This document shows positions 17,635-27,639 of a DNA stretch of 64,000 nt, piece by piece. The position numbers and the translations under genes are program-made. The stretch lies in assembly GCA_963837255.1 (NCBI GenBank), contig CAWIMN010000012.1, forward strand, positions 58,079 through 122,078, given 5' to 3'. The first letter of the stretch is position 1. Each line of letters begins with the position of its first letter. Under the pieces are notes generated by a model. That model ran no database searches. It was not told where the DNA came from and saw nothing but the letters and a program-made list of their open reading frames with translations. Source of the DNA: an uncultured Actinomycetota bacterium (GTDB taxonomy: Bacteria > Actinomycetota > Actinomycetes > Streptosporangiales > Streptosporangiaceae).

Positions 17635-18354
17635 TCACCACGGCGCGACGGCGCCGTCCCAGGAGAAGAACTGGCCGGTCGGCCCGTCGTCTGGCAGCAT
17701 CGCGAGCCGGACCGCGGCGGCCGCCGCTTCGCCCGGATCGCCGCCGCTGGCGGCTGCCCTGGCGTTCAGGTTCGTCGCGCGCAGGCCGGGAGCAAGGGCG
17801 TTCACCTTGACGCCGTCTGCCGCCAGCGCTTGCGCGTAATAGACGGTCAGCGCGTTCAGCGCCGTCTTGGACGAACGATAAGCAGCCCCGGTCCCGCCGG
17901 TCTGGAAGGCGAACTGCGGATTCGGCCCGGTGCTCCAGGACAGCGAGCCGGTGCCGCTGGATATGTTCACGATGCGCGGATGCGCGGATCGGCGCAAAGC
18001 GGGCAAGAAGGCGTTGGTGACCGCGACGACGCCGAACACGTTTGTCTCGTACGTGCGGCGGAAGCTGTCGATATCGGCCTCGGTCGCCGGCTTGCCGTCC
18101 ACCATGATGCCGGCATTGTTCACCAGGACGTCCAGCTCATTGACCTGCGCGGCGGCCGCGGCGATGCTGGCGCCGTCGGTGACGTCGAGTTGCAGCAGCC
18201 GCGCGTCGGCGCCGATCTCGTCGACGGTTCGCTGCCCGCGCCCGGCATCACGGGAGCCGACGTACACGGTCAGTCCCGCGTTCGCTAGCTGCCTGGCGAT
18301 CTCTCGCCCGATACCGTTCGAAGCGCCGGTGACAAGCGCGGAAGCCTTGGTCAT
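17635..18354 (-). CDS. SDR-family oxidoreductase
   Basis: VTGASNGIGREIA (TGxxxGIG), NNAG and YRSSKTAL (YxxxK). Confidence 0.9.
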   Translation of the reverse strand: MTKASALVTGASNGIGREIARQLANAGLTVYVGSRDAGRGQRTVDEIGADARLLQLDVTDGASIAAAAAQVNELDVLVNNAGIMVDGKPATEADIDSFRRTYETNVFGVVAVTNAFLPALRRSAHPRIVNISSGTGSLSWSTGPNPQFAFQTGGTGAAYRSSKTALNALTVYYAQALAADGVKVNALAPGLRATNLNARAAASGGDPGEAAAAAVRLAMLPDDGPTGQFFSWDGAVAPW

Positions 18355-18597
18355 GGATCGATAATGCCCGGTGCCCGACGGCAGGAGCGCACCGACAGCA
18401 GTCGATCAGGCACCGTCACGATGCCAGACCTGGAATGCTTCGGATTGGCAACGGCCGCTACTAGAACCGGTAACCGTAGGCCCAAGGCTTCGCAAAACCG
18501 GTACATATTCCCCTTGGGGATGCAGCAGCGTTGTTGCCGCCGCCTCGGGGTTAACGAGCGCTCATACACGGCAGCACGACAACGGGGACTGCTACAC

Positions 18598-20217
18598 ATG
18601 CCTGCATCACCGCCGCCCACCATCGGGGACCTGCCGGACAGCGGTCGGGGCAGCATCGCCGATCCTGTCGGTGGCCGCGGCGCCGGGAGAGCAGGCTCTG
18701 CCCGGCCCGCCGGGATCACGGCTGCGGCGCACGCGAAGCAGCAGCCAGTGCGGATCCTGGCGCGCCTGGCCCTAGCCGGGATCGTGATCAGCACGGCGCT
18801 GATGATCGTCGTCTCGTTCCTCGGTCCGTCCGCGGCCGAGCCGCCCATGCCCAATGCGCATTCCGGGCCGCTGTTCTTCATCCACGCCCGGCCGGGACCG
18901 CAGCTCGTGTCGTCCGTCCTGTGGCTCGCGGTGGCCCTCGGCGCGGCGGGCGTAGCTGGCGGGCTGGTCGCCATCCGTCGCGGCTGGCGGCCGCGACCGC
19001 AGCTGCTGATCGCTGGCGCACTGATCGGCGTGATCCTGCTGATGCTGCTCCCGCCGGTCGGCTCCACCGACCTCGTGGACGACGCCATCTACGGCCGTAT
19101 CGCCGCGCTCGGCCACAGCCCGTACACGATGACGCCGCATCAGCTGCGGCTCACACGCGATCCGGTGGCGAGTTTCGCGCCGAGAAAGTGGCGGCGCATC
19201 GATTCGCCGTACGGGCCCCTGGTCACGTTTACCCAGGCCGCAGCGTCGAAGCTCGGCGGCGATTCCGCTAGCCACACCATGTTCTGGCTTAAGGCCTGGA
19301 ACGCACTGGCATTCCTCGCCGTCGCCCTCGCGCTCGACCGGGGCCTTCGCTCCAACGCGGCTCGCCGCGTGCGCGCCCATCTGCTGTGGACCGTCAACCC
19401 GCTGATGCTGCTGGCGGTCATGGCGGGCGGCCATAACGACGTGCTCGGCGTGGTGTTCGGACTGCTCGCGATTCTCGGGCTCCGGCGGCTGGACCTCAAG
19501 CACGGACTGCTCGCCGGGTTGCTTATCGGCCTGGCGATCACGATCAAGGCGCCGTTCGCGATCTTCGGCCTCGGTCTGGCGATCGCGGCCTTCCGGTCGC
19601 CGCGCGCGCTGGCCGGCCTCGGCCTCGGCGTGGCCGCCGTTGTCGTCCCCGGGTACTGGCTGGTGGGCTGGCAGGCAGTGACGTCCGTACTGGCGGAGTC
19701 CGGGTCCGGTCACACTCTCAGCCTGGCTCAGCCGTGGCAGCTCGTGGTCGACGTGTCGCCGCACTTCCCGGGCGGAAGCGCGACGCAGGTAATCGCTCTG
19801 CTCGCCACCGTCGTGCTGGCCGGCCTCCTTCTGTGGCGGATGCCGGCCGGGCCGCCAGGGCTGCCAGCGGTGCGGCCCGTGCTCGCGCTGACTCTTGCCT
19901 GGCTCGTCTGGTCGCCGCTGCAGCGAGCCTGGTACGACGTGCTGCTCTTCCCGCTGCTCGCACTGATGCCAGCGACCAGGCTGGACTGGATCGTGCTGGG
20001 CCGGGCGTTCGTCGAGGCGTTTAGCCAGCTGCCGGGCAGCGTCCTCAGCAACAAAGCCACCCCGCCTGGGCTCTTGCACGGGTTGCACCTGCTCTACTTC
20101 GACCTAGGGCCGCTGGCGCTGGCCGGAACCGCCGCTGCGCTGGCGTGGCTGTGCTTGACCAGGCGGCTCAGCAGCGATACCGGCGTCTCGCCACCCCAGC
20201 TTGTGCTGACGGGCTAG
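18598..20217 (+). CDS. GT-C fold polyprenol-phosphate-dependent glycosyl(mannosyl)transferase, DUF2029/GT87-like
   Basis: Polytopic membrane protein. DDAIYGRIAALGHSPYTMTP...SPYGPLV loop and GGHNDVLG are typical of this family. The ORF is open from 18364; I chose the ATG at 18598 before the first hydrophobic segment. Confidence 0.65.
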   Translation: MPASPPPTIGDLPDSGRGSIADPVGGRGAGRAGSARPAGITAAAHAKQQPVRILARLALAGIVISTALMIVVSFLGPSAAEPPMPNAHSGPLFFIHARPGPQLVSSVLWLAVALGAAGVAGGLVAIRRGWRPRPQLLIAGALIGVILLMLLPPVGSTDLVDDAIYGRIAALGHSPYTMTPHQLRLTRDPVASFAPRKWRRIDSPYGPLVTFTQAAASKLGGDSASHTMFWLKAWNALAFLAVALALDRGLRSNAARRVRAHLLWTVNPLMLLAVMAGGHNDVLGVVFGLLAILGLRRLDLKHGLLAGLLIGLAITIKAPFAIFGLGLAIAAFRSPRALAGLGLGVAAVVVPGYWLVGWQAVTSVLAESGSGHTLSLAQPWQLVVDVSPHFPGGSATQVIALLATVVLAGLLLWRMPAGPPGLPAVRPVLALTLAWLVWSPLQRAWYDVLLFPLLALMPATRLDWIVLGRAFVEAFSQLPGSVLSNKATPPGLLHGLHLLYFDLGPLALAGTAAALAWLCLTRRLSSDTGVSPPQLVLTG

Positions 20218-20250
20218 CACCGGCCGGCCCGGAGGCAAGCCGGCCGGTGC
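20217..20250. terminator. Perfect 12-bp stem hairpin between convergent genes
   Basis: GCACCGGCCGGC (20217-20228) pairs with GCCGGCCGGTGC (20239-20250) around a 10-nt loop. It begins in the stop codon of the glycosyltransferase gene. Confidence 0.55.
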
Positions 20251-20431
20251 CTGCCCTGCAGCTCAGCGGCGCCGGTCTCGGGCGGCTGGGGGCCTGCCGC
20301 GAGCTGCTCCTGCGAGTCAGCGACGGAACGTTTCGACCACCCGTCCACATTCGCGGAGCACAGCCACCCGGCACATCGGGCGCAGGCCGAGCTAGCGAAG
20401 GATTCGGGCTGAGTTAACACCCGGCCACGCC

Positions 20432-23410
20432 CTAGCGCGGCGCCATCCGGGCCGCGTGGGCGACGAGCTCGCGCCTGCAGGTCTTCCCGGTCTTGGCAAC
20501 GAGACTGGCGATGTGGGTCTGCACGGTCTTCGGTGAGATGTAGAGCTGGGCGGCTATCTGAGAGTTCGACGCGCCTCTGGCGACGAGCAGCAGGACATCC
20601 ATCTCCCGGCTGGTGACGCCGAGCCCGCGCATCTGGGCCGGGACAGTCGCGCTGCCCCGCCCGGACCGCGGGACGCGCTCCCCCGCCCGGCGCAGGATGC
20701 CCCGGCAGGCTGACGCGAGCTGATCGTGGGAGGTGGCCTCGAAGGCGCTCGCAGCCTCGCGCAGCCAGCTGACTGGCTCGCCCCAGTCGTCGCGCAGCGC
20801 GGCCGGGGCGGCCAGGCGTCGGACGAGATGGTTCCACCAGGGGGCGAACGGCCTGAAGTGCGCGCTGGCGTCCGCTGCCAGCGCTGATGCGCGGGCAGTC
20901 TGCCCTTCGAGGCCGGCAAGCACGGCCTGCGCATACCCCAGGCAGCCGGCGTTCCAGCTAGTGGCGGCGCCGGTGCTGCGTGCCAGCTCGATCGCGGCGT
21001 GACCGTCGCCGCCGGCCAGCGTCGTCAGGAGCGCATGCAGGGCCATCGCCCGGCGCGGGGCCAGCAGCGGCGCCTGGAGTGCTGAGTAGAACCCTTGCGT
21101 CCGGCGAGGCGACGCCAGCGCGTCGGCGGCGTAGGCCAGGGCGTTGGCATCGTCCTCCATTGCGCGGGTCAGATCGTCGCGGAAGAGCGCGGCGAGGACC
21201 CGCGACTGCCCCCACGTAGTGACCAGGATCTCTGGATCACCGGGCAGGATGGACTCGGCGCGCTGGGCTGCCCGCTCGGTCCCACGTCGGTCGCCGCGAA
21301 CAGCCGCGATATTGGCCTCCAGGATGGTTGCCATCGCCTGGATCCTGGGCGCCTTGATCTGGGCTGCCGTCTTCTGGCACCGCACCGCCATGTCCAGTGC
21401 CTGGTCTAGCTCGGTGCCGAGGCTTGCCAGGTTCGCGAGCTGGAGCGTGATCACCGTGCCGACGCAGGTCGCGCCGGCGTCGGCCGCCAGTTGACGCACT
21501 TCACGCAGCTGGCTGGCCGACCCGTCCCGCAGCATCTCGATGGTGCCGAGCTCATGCCGGGTCCGGATGCGCCAGATGCCGAGTTCCCTGCGGTCGGCGA
21601 GGTGCCGGGCATGCTCGAAGGCGTCGCGCGCGGCCTCCAGGTCCCGCGCACGTTCGCGCCGCCCGATCAGCTCCAGGGACTCCAGCGCGACATCCGCCGC
21701 CCAGCCAGACAGGCCGGCCGCCTCGGCGGTCCGGAACGCTCGGCGGGCGAGGTGCTCGGCGGCATCGAGATCGCCGGCGACGAGCGCATTGCACGCCGCC
21801 GCGGTGTCGATCCGGCCCGACAGCTCGGTGTCGTGCAGCCGGTCGGCGATCGCGGCGGCGGCGGACAGGTGATCAGCGGCGGCAGCCGGAGTGTCCTCGG
21901 GCCGCGTGCTCGCGGCCTTGAGCAGCACCAGCGCCTGGCGGCGCGGGTCGGCGCCCGCGGCCTCGAGCCTCGCAATCAGGTCTTCGGCCAGCGGCGCCAG
22001 CTGGTTGTAGTCCCCGGCCTGCGCGAAGGCTTCCAGGAGCACCTCGTCTACCTCGATGCCGAGCATGGGCTCGGCTGGCACCACGTCGACCAGCAGTCTC
22101 TGGGCACCGCGCATCGCCGCGATGGCGCTGCTCACTGCGCCCTTGAGCAGGTCGCGACGTCCTGCAGTCACCAGCAGGCGGGTGGCGGCCAGCGGCTGGC
22201 CGGCCAGGACGTACAGCTCGGAGACGAGTTCGCACCACGAGCCGGGCAGGCCCGGATGCGCTTGTACGATCGCCGCCGCGGTGGCCGCGGCCCGGCTGGC
22301 TAGCTCCGGCGGCATCAGGTCGGTCAGGATGGAGTCGCGGGTCAGGCTGTGCCGGAACCTGAACATCCCGGACCTGGCGTCTGGTGGCGCTGGCTCGACC
22401 AGCTGGACCTCGCACGCGCGCTGGATTACCTCGAGCGCTTCGGACTCGCCGACACCAGCGACGCGCGGCAGCAGCTCCCAGTCGAACTGCCTGCCAAGGA
22501 CCGCGGCGGAGACGATGACGTTGGTGGCCGCCGGACCTAGTGAGGCGAGCCGGGCCCGCACCGATCCGGCTATCGAGTCGGGCACGCCGGTGCAGACGTC
22601 GCTATTCACCTGCCAGCCGCCGGTGCTCTCGGCGCGAGCAAGCTCGCCGGAGGCGACAGCTGCGGCAAGGATCTCCTCGACGGCAAACGGCAGGCCGTCG
22701 CAGTCCGGCAGCAGCCTGCTCACCGCGCTCGGCACGTCAGCGACGCCCAGGCAAGCGGCCGCCATCTGGCGGACAGCGGCGGAGCTAAGCCGTGGCACGG
22801 CGACCGCAGTGGCGGCGCGCCGGGCCAGCGCGGTCTGCATGAGGTCCAGGCAGGCCGACGGCACGCTGTTGCGCACGGTGACCACGCACAGAACGCGGGC
22901 GTCGGCGATGTTGTCGGCCAGGTACTCCACGATGTCCAGCGTCTCGGGGTCGGCCCAGTGCAGGTCTTCGAGGACGAGCAGACCGCCGTTCCCGCCGGAC
23001 TGGATGAGCAGCCGCAGGACCGCTTCGCCGATGACAACAGGGGAGACGTGGGCCCTGGCGTCACCGGGCTGGCTCCACTCCGGGACCAGGGAACCTAGCG
23101 CGGCGCGATAGTTGGAGACGACCGGCATCTCGGGGACGACACCGCCGCGGGCGGCACCGAGGAGGGCCTCTGCGACCGGACGATACGGGACCGGCACGGC
23201 GGACCTCGTTCCCCGCCCTGTCATGATCTTGAAGCCGCGGGCGGTCGCCTGCCCGCACAGAGCCTTCGTCAGCCTGGACTTCCCGACGCCCTCCTCGCCG
23301 GTGACGAACAAAGCGCCGCCGTGGCCTGCTGCCGCCGCGTCTAGCGCGGCGGTCAGGTCACTGAGCTCGGCGTCCCGGCCGACGAGCGCCGGGCACAGCA
23401 TGCCATCCAC
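20432..23410 (-). CDS. LAL-type (large ATP-binding LuxR) transcriptional regulator
   Basis: 992 aa. N-terminal Walker A GEEGVGKSRL, a long helical/TPR-like middle, and a C-terminal LuxR HTH (TSREMDVLLLVARGASNSQIAAQLYISPKTVQTHI). Confidence 0.9.
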   Translation of the reverse strand: MDGMLCPALVGRDAELSDLTAALDAAAAGHGGALFVTGEEGVGKSRLTKALCGQATARGFKIMTGRGTRSAVPVPYRPVAEALLGAARGGVVPEMPVVSNYRAALGSLVPEWSQPGDARAHVSPVVIGEAVLRLLIQSGGNGGLLVLEDLHWADPETLDIVEYLADNIADARVLCVVTVRNSVPSACLDLMQTALARRAATAVAVPRLSSAAVRQMAAACLGVADVPSAVSRLLPDCDGLPFAVEEILAAAVASGELARAESTGGWQVNSDVCTGVPDSIAGSVRARLASLGPAATNVIVSAAVLGRQFDWELLPRVAGVGESEALEVIQRACEVQLVEPAPPDARSGMFRFRHSLTRDSILTDLMPPELASRAAATAAAIVQAHPGLPGSWCELVSELYVLAGQPLAATRLLVTAGRRDLLKGAVSSAIAAMRGAQRLLVDVVPAEPMLGIEVDEVLLEAFAQAGDYNQLAPLAEDLIARLEAAGADPRRQALVLLKAASTRPEDTPAAAADHLSAAAAIADRLHDTELSGRIDTAAACNALVAGDLDAAEHLARRAFRTAEAAGLSGWAADVALESLELIGRRERARDLEAARDAFEHARHLADRRELGIWRIRTRHELGTIEMLRDGSASQLREVRQLAADAGATCVGTVITLQLANLASLGTELDQALDMAVRCQKTAAQIKAPRIQAMATILEANIAAVRGDRRGTERAAQRAESILPGDPEILVTTWGQSRVLAALFRDDLTRAMEDDANALAYAADALASPRRTQGFYSALQAPLLAPRRAMALHALLTTLAGGDGHAAIELARSTGAATSWNAGCLGYAQAVLAGLEGQTARASALAADASAHFRPFAPWWNHLVRRLAAPAALRDDWGEPVSWLREAASAFEATSHDQLASACRGILRRAGERVPRSGRGSATVPAQMRGLGVTSREMDVLLLVARGASNSQIAAQLYISPKTVQTHIASLVAKTGKTCRRELVAHAARMAPR

Positions 23411-23505
23411 CGACAGATATTACACAAAGAAACCAGATGCTAACTAGACGTAATTGGCGCAGTTCACCTACGCCATGTGACGGAGCGGATGGTCCGGCCC
23501 GCTGC

Positions 23506-25431
23506 TCAGCAGTGCCCGCTTGGCGGTGGTACGTCCAGGGTTGGGTTGCGACCGAAGAAGCCGGTCGGCTTCAGCGTGAACCCGCACCGGGCGACCGGCA
23601 TCACCGGCCAGTCTTCCGGCCGCGGGAAGTGGGTCGGCCCGAACGTGTGCCACAGCACGATGTCGGCGCCGTCGATGTCGCGGTCACCCGCGGTGAACGC
23701 GGGCAGGCCGGCGCCGCCAGGGTGCTGGTTCACGAAGTCGCCCGCCGGGTAGCGCTGCTTCGGGTCGTACCGCGTCACCCACAGGTGGCGGGAGGCGAAC
23801 CCGGCCCGCCGGGCGACCGACGACGACGCATCAGCCAGCAGCGTGGGTGCGGCCTCGGGATAGAGCGTGTAGCTGACCGGCTTGCCGAATTTGTTCGCGC
23901 GCTCGGTGCTGAGCACCCGCCAGGTCCGTCCGCGCGACGAATCCGCTAGCCGCGCACCTTGCGACTCCGTGCCGAGCCTGGTGACGTGCTGCCTGATCGC
24001 GTTGCCGTACGGGTTGTCCGGGCCGGCCGGCGCGCCGACCAGGTCGACCTCCTCGACAGCGTTCGCCAGGCCGTCCACCGTCATGTCGAGCCGGGCACTG
24101 AACAGGTGCTGGTGGACCGGCGCTCCGAGCCCGGGGGCGACCTCAGCCGAGTACGGGTAGTCGCCGCCCGGGTAGCCCGCCGTGAACAGCGCTCCGGTCA
24201 TCTTGATCTCGCACTCGATGGCGCCGTCCAGGTAGAAGTACCAGTAGAAGCCGTAGTCGTAGTTCCCGACCGTGGTGAAGAACGACACCACCAGCCGCCG
24301 CTGCCGCCTGGCCTCGGACGACCCAGTGAAGATGTCGAAGTGCTTCCACAAGATCCCGTGGTCTTCCTCGTGGATGCAGATCGCGTTCGGGATCACTGCC
24401 GGCTCGCCGAAGTCGTCGGTGACGGTCGCATCCAGGTAGGCGATCTCGCCGAGGCAGTCGCAGCCCAGCTCGAGCGAGTTCGCCCACTTTCCGACTAGGT
24501 ACTCACCGGTGTCGAAATACGTCTGCCAGTACCGGAAGCGCGGATCGCCGTACGGCACCACCATCTCCGGCACCGACGCCCGGTAGATCAAGGGCCGGTC
24601 CCGGCCTTCGTCAGCGATGCTGATCTGGTGCAGCGTCAGGCCCTCGCGGGCGTCGAAGCCGATGCGCATGGACCAGTTCTGCCAGCGCAGCACGGAGCCG
24701 TCGAGCGTGAAGCTCGGGCCCTGCGGCTGGGTGATCTCGATCGGGCGCAGGCCGGTACGGTGCGGCCCGCGGACGGCCGGGTCGGTGTAGTCGCCCGATT
24801 CAGCCGGGACCGGCAGCTCGAACTCGTCCACGATCTTGAAGATCTTGCGCTCGATCAGGTCGAAGTACGCGGCGACCCCGTCGACCGGGTGCGACCACGC
24901 ATAGTCCTGCGGGTCGGCCTGGACAAAGGCCAGGACCCGCACCATCCGCCGTCCGTCCTCGTCGGCGGCGCCGAACGACCCGGCGGTCAGCGGGCACAGC
25001 CGGATCTTGCTGACGTCGGTCAGGCCCCGCCTGGCCATGGCAGCACGCCACTGCGGGTCGGCCCGGACAGCCTCTTCCGTAACGGCGAAGTCCTGGCTGA
25101 GGATCGGCAGCTGGCCGTCGGCCCGCGCATCGAGCACGCGGCGGCTGATCACTTCCTGTCGCGTCAGCGAGAGCACCACATCGCTCGACTCGCCGGAGCC
25201 GGTGTCGATCAGGAACGCCCGCAGGCGCCGGTCCGGCGCCCGCTCGCTGAGCACGTCGTCCTTGTGCGGCTCGTCGAGCCCGTAGTAGGCGAACCGCACG
25301 AACTCGCCCAGCAGTCCGGCAGCCGCCAGGACCTGCCGCCCGGCCCGGTACTCAGCTGCGCTGACCGGGTCGAGCGGATGGTTCGGCTGCTCCTGTGCCT
25401 GGTTGTCCGCCCGGACTGCCGTATCGGTCAT
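23506..25431 (-). CDS. Copper-containing primary amine oxidase (topaquinone enzyme)
   Basis: TPQ consensus TVGNYDYGFYWYF and Cu ligands VHQHLF and LWHTFGPTHFPRPEDWPVMP. The ATG at 25431 is preceded by GGGAGAG. The longer ORF to 25968 would overlap the permease. Confidence 0.9.
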   Translation of the reverse strand: MTDTAVRADNQAQEQPNHPLDPVSAAEYRAGRQVLAAAGLLGEFVRFAYYGLDEPHKDDVLSERAPDRRLRAFLIDTGSGESSDVVLSLTRQEVISRRVLDARADGQLPILSQDFAVTEEAVRADPQWRAAMARRGLTDVSKIRLCPLTAGSFGAADEDGRRMVRVLAFVQADPQDYAWSHPVDGVAAYFDLIERKIFKIVDEFELPVPAESGDYTDPAVRGPHRTGLRPIEITQPQGPSFTLDGSVLRWQNWSMRIGFDAREGLTLHQISIADEGRDRPLIYRASVPEMVVPYGDPRFRYWQTYFDTGEYLVGKWANSLELGCDCLGEIAYLDATVTDDFGEPAVIPNAICIHEEDHGILWKHFDIFTGSSEARRQRRLVVSFFTTVGNYDYGFYWYFYLDGAIECEIKMTGALFTAGYPGGDYPYSAEVAPGLGAPVHQHLFSARLDMTVDGLANAVEEVDLVGAPAGPDNPYGNAIRQHVTRLGTESQGARLADSSRGRTWRVLSTERANKFGKPVSYTLYPEAAPTLLADASSSVARRAGFASRHLWVTRYDPKQRYPAGDFVNQHPGGAGLPAFTAGDRDIDGADIVLWHTFGPTHFPRPEDWPVMPVARCGFTLKPTGFFGRNPTLDVPPPSGHC

Positions 25432-25496
25432 CGGAAACTCTCCCGAGGATCTGGGAACGGGGCTGCCTGCGCTTACCGGCTTGCGGTCACCCCCGC

Positions 25497-26966
25497 TCAT
25501 TCGTCGGCGACGATCGATCCGACGCGCTCGGCAAGTTCGGGGTCGCGCCGGTTCAGGATGTAGCCGTATCCGACCGCGGCGACCACAATCGCCAGCGCCG
25601 CGTACGGGAACCAGTCGGCCGGCTGCGGCTGGCCGGGCTTGCACAGGTAGTAGACCGGCACGGCGATCGCGACCATGCCGAGCACGGGCAGTACGACGTG
25701 CCTGAGCACGTTGAACTCGGCGGGCCGGAACTTGCGGTAGTAGAACGGCAAGGCGAGGTTCGCCAGGAAATACACCACCAGGACCAGAAGGGTCCCCATG
25801 GTCGACGAATCGACGAAGAAGTTGAGCGCGACCATGCTCCCGCTCTGCTTGTGGCCGCCGAGCAAGTGCAGCAGCGCCCAGACCAGGATGATGGCGCTCG
25901 CGATCGCCACGAAGACGTAGATGGCGTTCATCGGAGTCTTGCGGACTGGGTGCACTTTGCCGATCCACCGCGGCAGCAGGCCCTCTCGCCCGGCGTTGAA
26001 GATCAGCCTGGCCTGGGAATTCACGGCCGAGATCAGCACGCCGATCGTCGAGGTGAGCCCAGCGACGTAGGCGAAGAACGCGAAGCCCGCGAGCACGTTG
26101 TGCGCCACCGTGATGAACGGGATCGCGGAGCCAGCCAGCGCAGTTCCGCTGTAGTTGAAACCGGTCACGGTCGCGAAGGCGAACAGCACGTAGCCGACGA
26201 CCATCAGGGCGATCGACAGGTAGACCGCCCTGGGCACGTTCCGCCGCGGATTGCCGGTCTCCTCGGCCAGCGCGGCGGAGTTCTCCCAGCCGATGAACAG
26301 GTAAACGGCCAGCGGGAAGCCGGCGGCCAGCCCGGTGAATCCCTTGGTGATGTGGCTAGGCTCGAACGGCACCACGCTGAGGTGGCCGCCGTTCTTGATC
26401 AGGATGGCGACCGAGACGACGACCAGGACGAGCATCTCGAAGGCGAAGAACAACCCTGCGAGCTTGGTTGACACACCGACGCCGCGGATCGTCATCACCG
26501 TCGCGCCCGCTGTCAGCAGCACCGACAAGATGATCCACGGGACGTTCCAGCCGAAGTAGTACTGGAGGACGTCGGCCAGGAATCCGCCGGAGATCGCCAG
26601 CACCGACGAGATCGCGATGATGTACCCGGCCCCGCACAATAGCGCCGTGGTGACCGCACTAGTGCCGCCGAAGGTCTTGCCGACGAAGGAGATGAATCCG
26701 CCGGTGGACGGGTGCGCCTTGGAGAACTGCGAGAGCGTGTTGCCCAGCAGGGCGATCGCGATGCCGGCCACGATGATCGTCAGCGGCGCGGCGACGCCCG
26801 CGGTGAAGACGAGGAAGCCGTAGCCGAAGAAGAAGCTGTAGGCCGGGCCGATGTTGGCCATGGTGGAGGCCGAGATGTCAATCAGGCTGAGCGCGCCGCG
26901 ATGCAACCGCTCGGCCGACTCGGGCGCCTTGGTCTCAGTGAATGGCACAGAAGCCGCGTCGCTCAT
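25497..26966 (-). CDS. APC-superfamily amino acid/amine permease
   Basis: 489-aa polytopic protein with the FIGWENSAALAEETGNPRRNVPRAV block, immediately upstream of the amine oxidase on the same strand. Confidence 0.9.
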   Translation of the reverse strand: MSDAASVPFTETKAPESAERLHRGALSLIDISASTMANIGPAYSFFFGYGFLVFTAGVAAPLTIIVAGIAIALLGNTLSQFSKAHPSTGGFISFVGKTFGGTSAVTTALLCGAGYIIAISSVLAISGGFLADVLQYYFGWNVPWIILSVLLTAGATVMTIRGVGVSTKLAGLFFAFEMLVLVVVSVAILIKNGGHLSVVPFEPSHITKGFTGLAAGFPLAVYLFIGWENSAALAEETGNPRRNVPRAVYLSIALMVVGYVLFAFATVTGFNYSGTALAGSAIPFITVAHNVLAGFAFFAYVAGLTSTIGVLISAVNSQARLIFNAGREGLLPRWIGKVHPVRKTPMNAIYVFVAIASAIILVWALLHLLGGHKQSGSMVALNFFVDSSTMGTLLVLVVYFLANLALPFYYRKFRPAEFNVLRHVVLPVLGMVAIAVPVYYLCKPGQPQPADWFPYAALAIVVAAVGYGYILNRRDPELAERVGSIVADE

Positions 26967-27195
26967 CTTTGCTCCTCAGCTACCACTTCCTTGCTGGAAG
27001 TGATGCCTGAATTGTCTGCTGCGGCACGCCGCAAGGAAAGAGGCGCGCGGGTCGGAATCCATTCGCTGAAGCGTTCGCCGCCAGCCGAGGCCTGCGCCCG
27101 GTGGCCATCGCCTTTGGCAAGCGCTTTCCCAACTAGGCGCAACGTACCGGAACCGCCGGGAAGCACGCAAGAGCCCGCGATGGCCACGGCGCGGC

Positions 27196-27364
27196 CCGGC
27201 CCGGCGTGAGGTGGCTTCGGCTGGTCTGCCTGGCCCGGGCGTGAGGTGGGTTCGGCTGGCTGCCTGGCCGGGCATGAGGTGGCTTCGGCTGGCCTGCCTG
27301 GCCCGGGCGTGAGGTGGCTGCGGCTGGCCTGCCTGGCCTTGCAGGCCGCGGCTTCGGCTGGCCG
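27196..27364. repeat. GC-rich tandem repeat, 4 full copies plus a partial fifth, period 33-35 bp
   Basis: The (G/A)TGAGGTGG anchor recurs at 27206, 27241, 27274 and 27309. The unit is approximately CCCGGGCGTGAGGTGGCTTCGGCTGGCCTGCCTGG. The period is not a constant multiple of 3. Confidence 0.85.
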
Positions 27365-27493
27365 CACGCCGGCAAGTGCCCTCAATGGCCGCGGCAGGCC
27401 TTGCCAGCTCGCACGGCAGCCTGTCTGGCCGTCGACGACGCCATCCGGGGAAGCGGCGGGTGATTCACCCGATTCGTCACGGCGCCGGCAGAG

Positions 27494-27559
27494 ATTTCAC
27501 GGCTAAGGTGCGCGCAAAGCCGACAAGTAGGGCGCAGAAGTGCACGTCAGCCGTGAAAT
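27494..27559. repeat. 11-bp inverted repeat ATTTCACGGCT / AGCCGTGAAAT with a 44-nt spacer
   Basis: Arms at 27494-27504 and 27549-27559, in the intergenic region between the lacI 3' end and the permease/amine-oxidase operon start. Confidence 0.6.
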
Positions 27560-27639
27560 GTTGGCCGGCGCGGGTTGCAACGGCCGCGGGGTCGTGGTTG
27601 ACGCTAGCCGTGGCGACTCTTTTCAGCCCTTTTGTGCGG

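Noticed and set aside
25432-25968. 179-codon N-terminal extension of the amine oxidase ORF.
   Set aside because: It overlaps the 3' end of the permease gene in another frame and is Arg-rich nonsense. The ATG at 25431 has a good SD and yields a normal-length enzyme.
26963-27385. Minus-strand ORFs translating the 33-35-bp repeats as a PGQAGQPKPPHA-type repeat protein.
   Set aside because: The repeat period alternates between 35 and 33 bp, so no single frame keeps a peptide repeat. There is no start context or SD, and the composition is that of a shadow ORF.
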